The position numbers were made by a program, and so were the translations under genes. A stretch of 64,000 nucleotides of DNA, from NCBI GenBank assembly GCA_000002435.2, contig CM018789.1, one strand, 5' to 3'. Shown here piece after piece: positions 20,630-29,825 of this stretch. The DNA comes from Giardia intestinalis (lineage: Eukaryota). Each line of letters begins with the position of its first letter. Positions within the stretch are counted from its first letter, which is position 1. The notes under the pieces were generated by a model, which saw only the letters and a program-made list of their open reading frames with translations, had not been told where the DNA came from and ran no database searches.

Positions 20630-23600
20630 ACACGACCAAAGTTCTCAACGGTGTGGGGGCTTCTGTTGCAATCTCCTACTTCTTCTGTTAATATGGAGGA
20701 TGTGCTCGTCGGAGATTCTTCTGGTTCCATGGGTGAGTCCTTGGGCTTCAGCCGCCGCATAGCAGAGCGCTTGCTTAGCTCCCTGCTATGTGCACTCACC
20801 GGTTTGCTGTGCTGTGCACTGGACGTCCGCGACATATTACTGGGAGTCTCGCTGACAAGATTTCCGCCTGGCGTTATGCAGCTGTACCTGTCCTTGCACC
20901 CTTGTTGAATGGACAGGTCGTCCCCGACTATGCTGCGAAGAGTTGCACAGCCAACCGAACTGACTTGGTCTATGAATGCGTCAAAGATGCGCCTGTGTGT
21001 TTCTAGCACAGGAAACTCATCTATCTCGTTGAGATCGAAATCAAGAACATTACTAAACAGGTCTGCATTGCGCATGTTGAGGATTTCCTCTTCTATCAAT
21101 AGGACCATGTTCGCACATTCGGACATTATTTGTTCTGTGTCCACAATTAAGTTATGCATACCGTTCAATACTATGTGCTCGTTTGTTCCCTTCTCCAAGA
21201 CCTTGAGTAAATCTTCAACTGTGTTGATGTTCAGTGTGCTAGCGTATATGCCGTTCATGCTGCGTATAGCCGCCATGTCCACAGCACCTGCCGAGGTATC
21301 GCGAGCTGACAATGCAGAAATGGGCTTTCCTTTCTTGGGTGTTCCTATCGGAGGCATAGACCTGTTGAGGATTGGCTTAGCGGTTGCAATTGATGATCTT
21401 GCGGTCGCGTTGGCATAATCAGAGTCGCCGCGAGATATGTAAATTTGAATGCACATGTCAACAAGCACGCTAATCACCTTATACGTTTCTGTGAGGGTTG
21501 TGGCCAGCGATCGTACAAAGGAACGGATGACAAAGATGCTTTCGTGCTTGACGAAATTGTTGATTATTTTACGCAGTCCTAGAGAGATATGGGTGGCAAG
21601 AGGCGCTAATTTAGAGTCCCTATGGGGAGGAGCTGCATTCGTTGCACGAAAGATTGAAAGACTGGATGTAGCCCCAGCAGCTCTCTGAACCCCGGGGTCA
21701 TTGAGTAGTAATCGCTCAGATGCAGAGCGTTTGCCAGAAGGAGTTGAACCCCTGACAGAGCTAGTCGTGGCAGAAATCTTTCCAGAAAGCTTTTTAATCT
21801 GCTTTGTGGACAGCCCCGTCAGCATGCGTTGCATATTCTGAACGCTCCTCACCAAAACAGATAAAATGCTCCTGGGTCCCTCGTCGCAGTTCGTAATGAG
21901 GGCTTCAAAAGTGGTTGTTTTGAGGTCACTGTACTGGTTGAGAAAAGACGCCAACAGCACACACGTTTCACTCCAGATTTGCGTGCAAAGGCCAATGCAA
22001 TCCCGAGTGGCTGCACAGGTGCGTGTGATTGCAAAACTGTTTGCTCGCGTGTTATTCGTTGTGCACATAAATGTTTTGTTTGCAAAAAAGGCAAAATATT
22101 CCAACAATTTGATAAAGTCTTCAAACGGCACATTCGAGGAGGAGATTGGCAGCTTCCCGAGAGATCTCAGGGTCGCTAGGAGAAAGGCAAGTTTCTGCTG
22201 CGACAAGAAAGATATAGGTTGACCGGCAGCCGGACGCGCCTTGACCAAATTGTATTCCTCTGTAACGTTCTCCAGCTGTGTTGACAAATAGTCTTTGCTG
22301 CTATAGCTCGGGGGCTCGAAAGTGGAATACTCAGCACTCGAAAAAAGATAGTTATTAAGCATTATAACTCCAGTGCGTGGGAACATGCTGATGATAATGG
22401 CCATGCAGTGGGCAACAAATTCTATTGGACCTATTTGCTTTGCAGTATTGTAAGACGGCAAAGGGTAGACAAGGCTGTGGGAGGAAATAGGAGAGCTAAT
22501 ATACCCTGGTGAGAGGCCCAAGGAGAAGAAGTTCCGCGAAGTAGAGGGGTCGATGTCTTTGCCATAAATATCGTTAACGCTCATTGCTAATGTGACAGGA
22601 TCGTATATATTACGGTAAGACACTGGCTCTGTGGCAAAGAACGAGGTCGGCAAGTAGCTGAATAGGCTATGCACTATGAAGTCCAGGTACCTAGTGGATT
22701 GAAGATTTTCTTCGCTAAGCTTACGAAGTACTGACATCAGCAGAACTGTGAGAAAACGCTGTAGGGCCCCAAATATCACCGTGGAGAGGGTTAGTGAGTA
22801 AGTAGAACAGAATGCAAAAATGGTGAACATTTCCGACTCTAATGAAAACGAAACTGCTTCGGTGATGACGTCTACTTTGTGCTCAAGCAGGCGTAAAAAT
22901 TCTAAATGGAACACGGACCTTACAGACTCGTTGGCAAGTTCTGCGTCGTTTATGATGTCATCTAAGGAGATGTCCGGCATGAATGACGCCTCCTCGGCCA
23001 CCTGGATATATTTTTTCCGCATGTATACATTGTTCAATGCGTAATCATGTATTTCATATGCGACTCCGGAGAGTTCCTGCAGATTAAAGTTCTGCTCAAT
23101 CATTGCAATATAGGCTCGATTATCCATGTCTAGGAAGCTCTTCTGGAGAAGGACAAGGGTGGCCTGGGCAATCTCCGCAAAGGTAACCACTCTAGTGACA
23201 AACTGGGCATTGTAGAGCTTGTCTCGTTCTTTGCTGGTAACAACAGGATTGGCCACCGCAGGCGCCTTGATGACTATTGGGATATCTCTGCCAATCCGAG
23301 ATGTTGTCTGCTTACTGCCTCGCGTAGATGGGCGTGTGGTCTCAGGCTTATCACAACACGTAGGATGTCTTGCAATCTTTTTCGTTGTAAATTCATACAG
23401 GTACGTTAGAATGGCGCACGCGCCCATCTGCACCGCTCCAGACTCTCCACACACAGCATCAACCCGCCTATCCCAGTCTTCTGGAAACGGAAAGTGCACC
23501 GCCGCCAGACAACGCCTGATATAGGACCAATTTTCTCTCCTGTCGGCCAGTATATTGCCCTCATTGAGGTCCAGAATGGTGCAGCTGTCGCGAAAATATC

Positions 23601-23718
23601 GCGAAATGATCTCTGCAACAACGTGGCCGGAGGAGACATCATGCTTAAGATTTCGTGGAACCTTCTTAAGCTCTAGTGTGTTCAACCACCGAAGAACGTC
23701 AAAGCTGAGGCTAGCCAT
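20626..23718 (-). CDS. Protein with an N-terminal CH-like (DUF1042/SPEF1-type) domain; candidate flagellar/microtubule-associated protein.
   Basis: From the first ATG the N-terminus reads MASLSFDVLRWLNTLELKKVPRNLKHDVSSGHVVAEIISRYF. This matches the CH-like motif at the N-terminus of SPEF1/CLAMP-type proteins (L..W......L...RN...DFS.G.LVAEVI..YFP). The track start at 23739 is TTG. Confidence 0.5.
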   Translation of the reverse strand: MASLSFDVLRWLNTLELKKVPRNLKHDVSSGHVVAEIISRYFRDSCTILDLNEGNILADRRENWSYIRRCLAAVHFPFPEDWDRRVDAVCGESGAVQMGACAILTYLYEFTTKKIARHPTCCDKPETTRPSTRGSKQTTSRIGRDIPIVIKAPAVANPVVTSKERDKLYNAQFVTRVVTFAEIAQATLVLLQKSFLDMDNRAYIAMIEQNFNLQELSGVAYEIHDYALNNVYMRKKYIQVAEEASFMPDISLDDIINDAELANESVRSVFHLEFLRLLEHKVDVITEAVSFSLESEMFTIFAFCSTYSLTLSTVIFGALQRFLTVLLMSVLRKLSEENLQSTRYLDFIVHSLFSYLPTSFFATEPVSYRNIYDPVTLAMSVNDIYGKDIDPSTSRNFFSLGLSPGYISSPISSHSLVYPLPSYNTAKQIGPIEFVAHCMAIIISMFPRTGVIMLNNYLFSSAEYSTFEPPSYSSKDYLSTQLENVTEEYNLVKARPAAGQPISFLSQQKLAFLLATLRSLGKLPISSSNVPFEDFIKLLEYFAFFANKTFMCTTNNTRANSFAITRTCAATRDCIGLCTQIWSETCVLLASFLNQYSDLKTTTFEALITNCDEGPRSILSVLVRSVQNMQRMLTGLSTKQIKKLSGKISATTSSVRGSTPSGKRSASERLLLNDPGVQRAAGATSSLSIFRATNAAPPHRDSKLAPLATHISLGLRKIINNFVKHESIFVIRSFVRSLATTLTETYKVISVLVDMCIQIYISRGDSDYANATARSSIATAKPILNRSMPPIGTPKKGKPISALSARDTSAGAVDMAAIRSMNGIYASTLNINTVEDLLKVLEKGTNEHIVLNGMHNLIVDTEQIMSECANMVLLIEEEILNMRNADLFSNVLDFDLNEIDEFPVLETHRRIFDAFIDQVSSVGCATLRSIVGDDLSIQQGCKDRYSCITPGGNLVSETPSNMSRTSSAQHSKPVSAHSRELSKRSAMRRLKPKDSPMEPEESPTSTSSILTEEVGDCNRSPHTVENFGRV

Positions 23719-23815
23719 GGTGTCTGTGAATTTTCCCAATTTTTTGAAAATCTAGGGCTGAAACGGTAGTTGGATTTGAGGAGAAATATCTAACTAAAAA
23801 AGGACGGAGCGTTAG

Positions 23816-24358
23816 ATGTTAAGGCTCTGGCAAGAATACGTACAAGAAGATGATGTCCTTGCATGCCTTTCTGTCCTCGATGAAGACTGTCAGCGAGCGG
23901 TACAGGTCATTGAACGGTTAGATGTTGAAGGAGGAACACCCGAGATGCAGACCCACGAAAGAGTATGCACTAGTTTCTCCCATGGTCTAATTCGGACTGC
24001 GCTGCGCCGCTTCCCTCTTGCCTTATCGAAGAATCTGGGCCGTGTCCAAAGTATGCTCAATGCCTTCAACCATGCGCTTCAGGAGACATCAACCGAATCC
24101 TTTTCACATGCCATCTCGTCCTCTTGTGGGTCGCTAGTTTCAAGTCTCTGTAATAATCCATCTGCGGGAGCCGCCATGGGTGCTCTTCCCAACCTTAGAA
24201 AGTCACCGGGGGCTGCTCTATCTGCCCTTCTTATGGGGCCCACTATTGCTCACCTGGTGGGCTCCGTCTATTCGCTGGGCCTAAACGCATACCATATCTG
24301 CAAGCTAGAACTCCGTGACCTCCGTCTCCACCGAGCAGAGATGGACAAGAAGGCGTAG
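23816..24358 (+). CDS. Small hypothetical protein (180 aa).
   Basis: ATG at 23816 with an AT-rich upstream. The ORF fits exactly between flanking genes. No homology recognised. Confidence 0.35.
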   Translation: MLRLWQEYVQEDDVLACLSVLDEDCQRAVQVIERLDVEGGTPEMQTHERVCTSFSHGLIRTALRRFPLALSKNLGRVQSMLNAFNHALQETSTESFSHAISSSCGSLVSSLCNNPSAGAAMGALPNLRKSPGAALSALLMGPTIAHLVGSVYSLGLNAYHICKLELRDLRLHRAEMDKKA

Positions 24359-24387
24359 GTTTACTTCTGCTGCATGTGTGCTTATCC

Positions 24388-24717
24388 CTAGACAGCGAGA
24401 AGCTCTACCTCAAAGACCAGCGTGGCCTTAGGTGGAATCACGGGGGGATAGCCGCGCTCCCCATATGCAAGCTGGTAGGGAATTGTAAAAAGAGCCTTCT
24501 CCCCCAGAGTCATGGTAGCAACACCTTGATCCCATCCCTTGATAACCTCCCCGGCCCCAAGAGTAAATTGAAAGGGTTTCCCACGGCTGCGCGAAGAGTC
24601 AAACTGCTTGCCGTCGGGAAAACGGCCATCGTAATGAACTGTGACCTTCTTCCCCGCCTGGGGCTTTGTGACGCCGTCGCCAGGGGTAAGAACCTTCTTC
24701 TCCAGCTGAGCCGACAT
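24388..24717 (-). CDS. FKBP12: FKBP-type peptidyl-prolyl cis-trans isomerase (FKBP12-like).
   Basis: The 109-aa protein is collinear with FKBP12: GDG.T.PK.G..V.VHY.G....GK.FDSSR.R.KPF.F.LG...VI.GW..GVA.M..G..A...IP...AYG.RG.P..IPP.ATLVF.VELL. ATG confirmed. An AGTAAAC polyA-signal match lies downstream. Confidence 0.9.
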   Translation of the reverse strand: MSAQLEKKVLTPGDGVTKPQAGKKVTVHYDGRFPDGKQFDSSRSRGKPFQFTLGAGEVIKGWDQGVATMTLGEKALFTIPYQLAYGERGYPPVIPPKATLVFEVELLAV

Positions 24718-24788
24718 CTCAAATTTTGAAACTGGGGTTTACCAAATTCGTGGGCATTAGATGCGGGAGATTACGGGCTAATGATAAT

Positions 24789-25721
24789 TCAATCCCACCC
24801 GCCAGTCAGTGAGCTCATGTAAGAGTCGGGTGGAAGCTCCCTCTGGTCCGCGGGAACAGCCTCGAAAATCTTGAATTCTTCTTCTGCAGACTTAACAACC
24901 ATAATGCTCGCACTGTTCTTAGTGCGATAGGAGTAATTCGGCGCGCTCCAGATTGTAACCACCGTGCCATTGAAGTACTTCTGATACCCGGCAATGGCGA
25001 GCTGGTGCGCGCGGGCAATCATCTTGAGGTCGTTGATTCTAAGGAACTGGTCAACCGCTCTGGGCCCAAAGAGGTATCCTGCTCCGCGGTACGAGTGCTC
25101 CCACGTCTCAAGGGCCGTCGACGGATCAGACCACTGCAGATCTGCAAAGGGCCCCTCGCTGGGGATCTCCGACGACCGGTTCAGGATGCGAATATCGTCA
25201 ATGGTGGGCAGAGACGGGCTGATACCGCCATGGACGCAGAATATGCGCTCATCGATGATCGCTACAAGAGGTAGCTGGTCGAAAAGCTCCATGTACATCT
25301 TCCAGACACCGGCGTGGCCGTACTTCCTGTACGCTTCATCATAGAATCCATACGTCTGCGTGACTGCCCTGCACTCATGGTTGCCCCGCAGTAAATATAT
25401 TCTTGCGGGATAATTGACTTTCAAGCAAAGAAGGAGGGTGATCGTCTCCAGACTGTAGTACCCCCTGTCAACGTAATCTCCGAGAAAAAGGTAGCGAGCC
25501 CCATCGACGATCTTCCCCCCGAATTCAAACATATATCGTACATCATAAAACTGGCCGTGGACGTCCCCGCAAACGTTTAGAGATGGAGCAGACGAGATAG
25601 GAATAACGGTCGGCTCTTCTGAAAGAAGCTCCATGGCGCGCCATAAAAGGGCCAGTACATCGGCCTCGGGGAGAATTTCTCGGTTCAGGCATCGCTCAAG
25701 GTACGAGGCAAAGTCAGGCAT
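24789..25721 (-). CDS. Serine/threonine protein phosphatase, PPP family (PP2A/PP4/PP6-like catalytic subunit, divergent).
   Basis: Canonical PPP motifs are present: GDVHGQ, GDYVDRG, GNHE, HGG, RG, and H(Q)LA.EGY...SAPNY. The track start is TTG. The ATG is at the next codon, with a strongly AT-rich upstream. Confidence 0.85.
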   Translation of the reverse strand: MPDFASYLERCLNREILPEADVLALLWRAMELLSEEPTVIPISSAPSLNVCGDVHGQFYDVRYMFEFGGKIVDGARYLFLGDYVDRGYYSLETITLLLCLKVNYPARIYLLRGNHECRAVTQTYGFYDEAYRKYGHAGVWKMYMELFDQLPLVAIIDERIFCVHGGISPSLPTIDDIRILNRSSEIPSEGPFADLQWSDPSTALETWEHSYRGAGYLFGPRAVDQFLRINDLKMIARAHQLAIAGYQKYFNGTVVTIWSAPNYSYRTKNSASIMVVKSAEEEFKIFEAVPADQRELPPDSYMSSLTGGWD

Positions 25722-25865
25722 CAAACCGCCAGAGACTCTCAGAAACGCTTTAAAGGATTCATGAATAATTTTAATTTCGCGTATAATTTTAACATAAGAG
25801 ATACGTGGCAGTAGTCGCAGTGGCTCGAAGGACTGGAAGGGTTTACTTTGGCATAGAAAGACAGA

Positions 25866-26792
25866 TTACTTTAAACCCTTGATAGCCTCCAATAGCTCGT
25901 TGGGAAGGTCGGCCTCAGTATATTTATATGCATCAAATATGAGGTAGTCCTTCGCCTCGCCGTTGCTGACTGGCATGATGCAGGCCTTGTTCTTGGTACG
26001 ATAGGAGTAATTCGGGGCACTCCAGACTGTTACCAGCTTCTTATCGAAGTATTCTTGGTAGCCCTCCGTGGCAAGCTGGTGCGCGCGGGCAATCATCTTC
26101 AGGTCATTCATGGACAAAAACTGTTCAACAGCCTTTTTGCCAAAGAGGTACCCTGCTCCGCGATATGAATGCTCCCAGTTGTCAAGGTTTGTGCACGGAT
26201 CGGACCAATTGAGATCTGCAAACGGTCCCTCACTGGGGATCTCTATGGTTCTGTTAAGTAGGGTAATGTCATCGAGCGTCGGAAGAGCAGGGCTAAGCCC
26301 TCCATGGACACAGAAGATTGAATTGTCAACTATGGCAGCAATAGGCAGATGGTCAAAGAGCTCCATGAACAACTTCCAAACGCCGGCATGGGCGTACTTC
26401 TTCGTGGTCTCCTCGTAGAATCCATACGTCTGCGTGACTGACCTGCACTCGTGATTGCCTCGAATTAGGAAGATATCGTTAGGGTAGTTGATCTTATAAC
26501 AAAGGAGAAGGGTGATTGTCTCCAGACTATAGTATCCTCTGTCAACGTAATCTCCAAGGAAGAGGTAGCGATTTGTCCCGGATACCTCCCCACCGACCTC
26601 GTTTATCATTTTTATAACGTCTTGAAACTGGCCGTGGACGTCTCCACATACATTGATCTTGTCGCCGGTGGACTTGACTTGCAAAACATTCGGCTCCATG
26701 ATGAATATCTCTATTGCCTTCCATATAACACGGCGCAGCTCCTCCTCATCAAAGAACTCCCTCTTCTTGGCCTTCTCCAACCACCTGTCCAT
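25866..26792 (-). CDS. Serine/threonine protein phosphatase, PPP family. Tandem paralog of the preceding gene.
   Basis: Same motif set (GDVHGQFQD, GDYVDRGYYSLETITLLLCYKINYP, LIRGNHECRSVTQTYGFYEE, FCVHGGLSP, SAPNYSYR). Roughly 65-70% identical to the neighbour by eye. ATG confirmed at 26792..26790. Confidence 0.85.
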   Translation of the reverse strand: MDRWLEKAKKREFFDEEELRRVIWKAIEIFIMEPNVLQVKSTGDKINVCGDVHGQFQDVIKMINEVGGEVSGTNRYLFLGDYVDRGYYSLETITLLLCYKINYPNDIFLIRGNHECRSVTQTYGFYEETTKKYAHAGVWKLFMELFDHLPIAAIVDNSIFCVHGGLSPALPTLDDITLLNRTIEIPSEGPFADLNWSDPCTNLDNWEHSYRGAGYLFGKKAVEQFLSMNDLKMIARAHQLATEGYQEYFDKKLVTVWSAPNYSYRTKNKACIMPVSNGEAKDYLIFDAYKYTEADLPNELLEAIKGLK

Positions 26793-26970
26793 GACTTTTT
26801 ATTTTGATTTTTGCACTGCATCGTGGTGTAACAAGGTTTGCAGTGGTGAAGTGCAAGAAGCATCTGCAGTCTGGCAACTGCTTGCTGGGCAGGTTCTGGG
26901 TTCTAAATAGACAGCGTTGCAAGACGAGGTCGCTTTGCATAATCCTTTTTGTTTCCAAAAAATCGTGTCT

Positions 26971-28824
26971 ATGAGGGCTATAGAAAACCTTGTCGTTGTC
27001 CACCTCGGAGACCCTCACTACAACAGACGCTTCGAGACTCTGATGCAGATCTTCCTCGATAACTGTCTTCACGTCGATTATCTAACGTTTTACAAGGCGA
27101 CCCTGCCCCAGTGGCTCCGCGCCTCTCCTCTCGTATCGTACATGTACATGGACGCAGCATTCATACATACTGCACCGAATAACATATTCTTTTGGCTTAT
27201 TTACCCAATTCAGATCCTCTTTGATACTATATATGTATTCCTTCACATTCTTGTGCTCTGCAAGGCCAATCTGCGTGCGATTGCTGTGTTTTCTTCTCCC
27301 TTCCGTCCGGGCTGTGTTATTGGAGCGCGTGCAGCTGCCAAGTACTTCCGAATACCGTTCTGGGTAGACGTATGTCGTGAGTCCCACAGCCTGGAATACA
27401 CTGGTCTTCGGAGGGCGCTTGTTCAGAGACTTGAAAGAAAGCTGCTGCAGAGCAATTATAAAAACGAAACAGTCCTCCTGGACTCCTCAAGTCTGATCAA
27501 ACACTTCAGTCTGACTCGGAATTACGTCCTCACCCTCAACACGCCAATTTCTTTCAACATGGGCCTGCCTATTCCCATGCACCATATGCTCTTATCGACC
27601 TTGCGCTTTGCTCAGCCGGAGCAGACGTCGATTGGAATTAGAACCCTGTTCCATTATGCCCAACTTGTCCGCAGCATGGATTCAACAAGTGATCGCTCCC
27701 AACTAGAAATAAATAGCCATCGTCCGGCCCTAATTCTGTGTCCTTGCAACTTTCGTGGAGCCGATGACTTTGTTGGCATCTACCAGCTTGCGGCTGCTCT
27801 CGAAAGAATATTCGCGACACAGTCATCAGCTACCGCTAAGGGTGGACGTGTCAGGTTTACTAGCGCCATTATCGTAGTCACGGGGCGTGCAGACCCTTAT
27901 GTATGCTCGCAAACACGAGAGTATCACAAGCAACTAAAGGGGATAGCTGATGCATTCAACAATCACTACACATGGGAAGAGGGTGCAAAGGCACTGTGTC
28001 AGCTGGATGAGCAGAATAAGGCACGTACAGAGGATGCTGCAGAGGATGCTACAAACGATAACTTGGGTAAGGATAATGTCAGAGATGACGAAGAGCCCAA
28101 AGATGAAGATAAAACCGAACACAGAATTGAAGGTGCCGCAAGCCACGAGGAGGGGAAGCATTCTATTAAGGGTAGAAGCATCGAGGCCCGTGCAGCCCGC
28201 GAGGCCAAGTTGGCTAAGAACAGGATGCTGCTGAAGGCAGCCATGAAGGCCCACGCAGCGAACACAAACGGGATCTCTGGAGCAAAGCACGTCAGAGTAT
28301 CAAAATGCTACCTATACAACCGCGATTATCATACTCTTTTAGATTGTGTTGATATGGTGTACATCGCCAAGAACAGCGAGCAGATCTATGGTGTCCCTGC
28401 AGCACTAACTGACGCACTCATATATGAGAAGATAGTGTTACGGAACTTTCCCATAGATGGGACAGACGAGCTATCGGAACTCGTTGCAGATGCTACCATA
28501 GAAGTTACCACCCAGTCAATCCTGTGTTCCAACTTGATCCTGGCTTTGAATCAGGAGGAGGCACGAGCCAACGAAGCAAGAGAATACCATATGGAGCGGA
28601 AGTCTAAAATCATGAAAGCCAAACAATATATTTTGAGCAGATCGTATTCGACGATCTTCAAGGAGACACTGCTTCCCCAGATTCTCCTAGATAATACATC
28701 AGTGGAAGAGTTCATGAAGATGGTGCAAGAACAGAAGGAAGAATTGGAAAGAGAAAAGGCGGAACAAAAGGCAGCAGAGGGAAGCAAATGCTGTTCATGT
28801 GGAAGCTGCGGGTGCGGCTCGTAG
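26971..28824 (+). CDS. Hypothetical protein with a Lys/Glu-rich C-terminal region and a terminal Cys cluster (CCSCGSCGCGS).
   Basis: The track start at 26917 is TTG. The first ATG at 26971 has an AT-rich upstream (tttttgtttccaaaaaatcgtgtct). No family recognised. Confidence 0.5.
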   Translation: MRAIENLVVVHLGDPHYNRRFETLMQIFLDNCLHVDYLTFYKATLPQWLRASPLVSYMYMDAAFIHTAPNNIFFWLIYPIQILFDTIYVFLHILVLCKANLRAIAVFSSPFRPGCVIGARAAAKYFRIPFWVDVCRESHSLEYTGLRRALVQRLERKLLQSNYKNETVLLDSSSLIKHFSLTRNYVLTLNTPISFNMGLPIPMHHMLLSTLRFAQPEQTSIGIRTLFHYAQLVRSMDSTSDRSQLEINSHRPALILCPCNFRGADDFVGIYQLAAALERIFATQSSATAKGGRVRFTSAIIVVTGRADPYVCSQTREYHKQLKGIADAFNNHYTWEEGAKALCQLDEQNKARTEDAAEDATNDNLGKDNVRDDEEPKDEDKTEHRIEGAASHEEGKHSIKGRSIEARAAREAKLAKNRMLLKAAMKAHAANTNGISGAKHVRVSKCYLYNRDYHTLLDCVDMVYIAKNSEQIYGVPAALTDALIYEKIVLRNFPIDGTDELSELVADATIEVTTQSILCSNLILALNQEEARANEAREYHMERKSKIMKAKQYILSRSYSTIFKETLLPQILLDNTSVEEFMKMVQEQKEELEREKAEQKAAEGSKCCSCGSCGCGS

Positions 28825-29523
28825 GATGTGCGCTAATTCTGCATTGAACTGAAGCAGCTTGCGGACCGTGCGTCTCTCTGACGGCTTGAATATGAAGACG
28901 AAATACAGCAGAATTGAGTTGGGTGACTCATACCAAGGTAGACCGACGCGGTCGCTTCTTTCCTTCAGGACATTGAGGGTGTGAATTAGAATAACATTCT
29001 TTAAATCAAAACCGGAGCTCTTCTGCATATCGCGTAGAGCAGTCTCGCAGATATAATAGGGAATGAACTCATTGACTGTCCTCTGGAAGACAGAGATGGA
29101 CGACATTGTGGCAAGGCCTAACCAGAGCGAGAGAAGCATGTCTTTGATAGTTCCTAAGTAAGGGCACATGCTGAGATGCTCCGTTGAGCTCACGAGAAAC
29201 TTACAAAAGGCGTCCACGGGGACCACGGCAGAATAAAACTTCTCGGCCAAGCAGAGAGCCTGCTGGCTACCTACCAGCTTCAGCTGTTGAAGTCGCTTAT
29301 CCTTGACGTTTAGCAGTGTGTAGAAGGCGATTTTCTGGTAGGAGTAGTCATCTTTCCGTCTTTCAGCCAAAAGGATTTGCTCAGAGACCGCATCACCATT
29401 TCGGGCTTTCGGCTCGAGAGGTGTTTTTATCGTAGACAATGGCGTGCTTGGAGTTTCAGAAATCAGCTGGGAAAGAGGGGTTTCTTGGGGAGCCATGATT
29501 GATTCTTTTTTTGCCCGTGACAT
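28795..29523 (-). CDS. Hypothetical protein (242 aa).
   Basis: ATG at 29523..29521. Its 3' end overlaps the convergent gene by 30 nt. No homology recognised. Confidence 0.45.
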   Translation of the reverse strand: MSRAKKESIMAPQETPLSQLISETPSTPLSTIKTPLEPKARNGDAVSEQILLAERRKDDYSYQKIAFYTLLNVKDKRLQQLKLVGSQQALCLAEKFYSAVVPVDAFCKFLVSSTEHLSMCPYLGTIKDMLLSLWLGLATMSSISVFQRTVNEFIPYYICETALRDMQKSSGFDLKNVILIHTLNVLKERSDRVGLPWYESPNSILLYFVFIFKPSERRTVRKLLQFNAELAHILRAAPAAST

Positions 29524-29580
29524 CTCTCAAAGAAAGACCTTTACCTTGGTGAATAGCAATGATATGATTTGGCAGAAGAA

Positions 29581-29612
29581 TCACTGATAGGTCACTGATA
29601 GATCACTGATAG
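29581..29612. repeat. Three tandem copies of TCACTGATAG (11-nt period) in a divergent promoter.
   Basis: Read directly: tcactgatag g tcactgatag a tcactgatag. It lies between the start codons at 29523 (-) and 29826 (+). Confidence 0.8.
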
Positions 29613-29825
29613 TATCCGTGAATGCTTAGATAACATCCCTTTGTTGCCTGCAGAACGCTGAATGCAGCGCATACGTTGAACTTTTCAAATTACCACTGTT
29701 TCGTTACCTCTTTTGCTCTCGTCGTTCTCATTCTTCTACCGCCCATCAGTCGAAACCCAGAAGCACGTACATCTTGTCAGGGAGGGAGCAACATAAAATT
29801 AGGTGTTTTTCCTTTCGGCAAGCGT

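Noticed and set aside
24376-24729. 117-aa plus-strand ORF overlapping the FKBP gene.
   Set aside because: It is entirely antisense to a high-confidence FKBP12 CDS, with low-complexity translation.
24994-25344. 116-aa ORFs MASWCARAII... at 24994..25344 and 26068..26418, conserved between the two loci.
   Set aside because: They are the antisense strand of the two paralogous phosphatase genes. Conservation simply mirrors the coding-strand duplication. They have no start context and no family.
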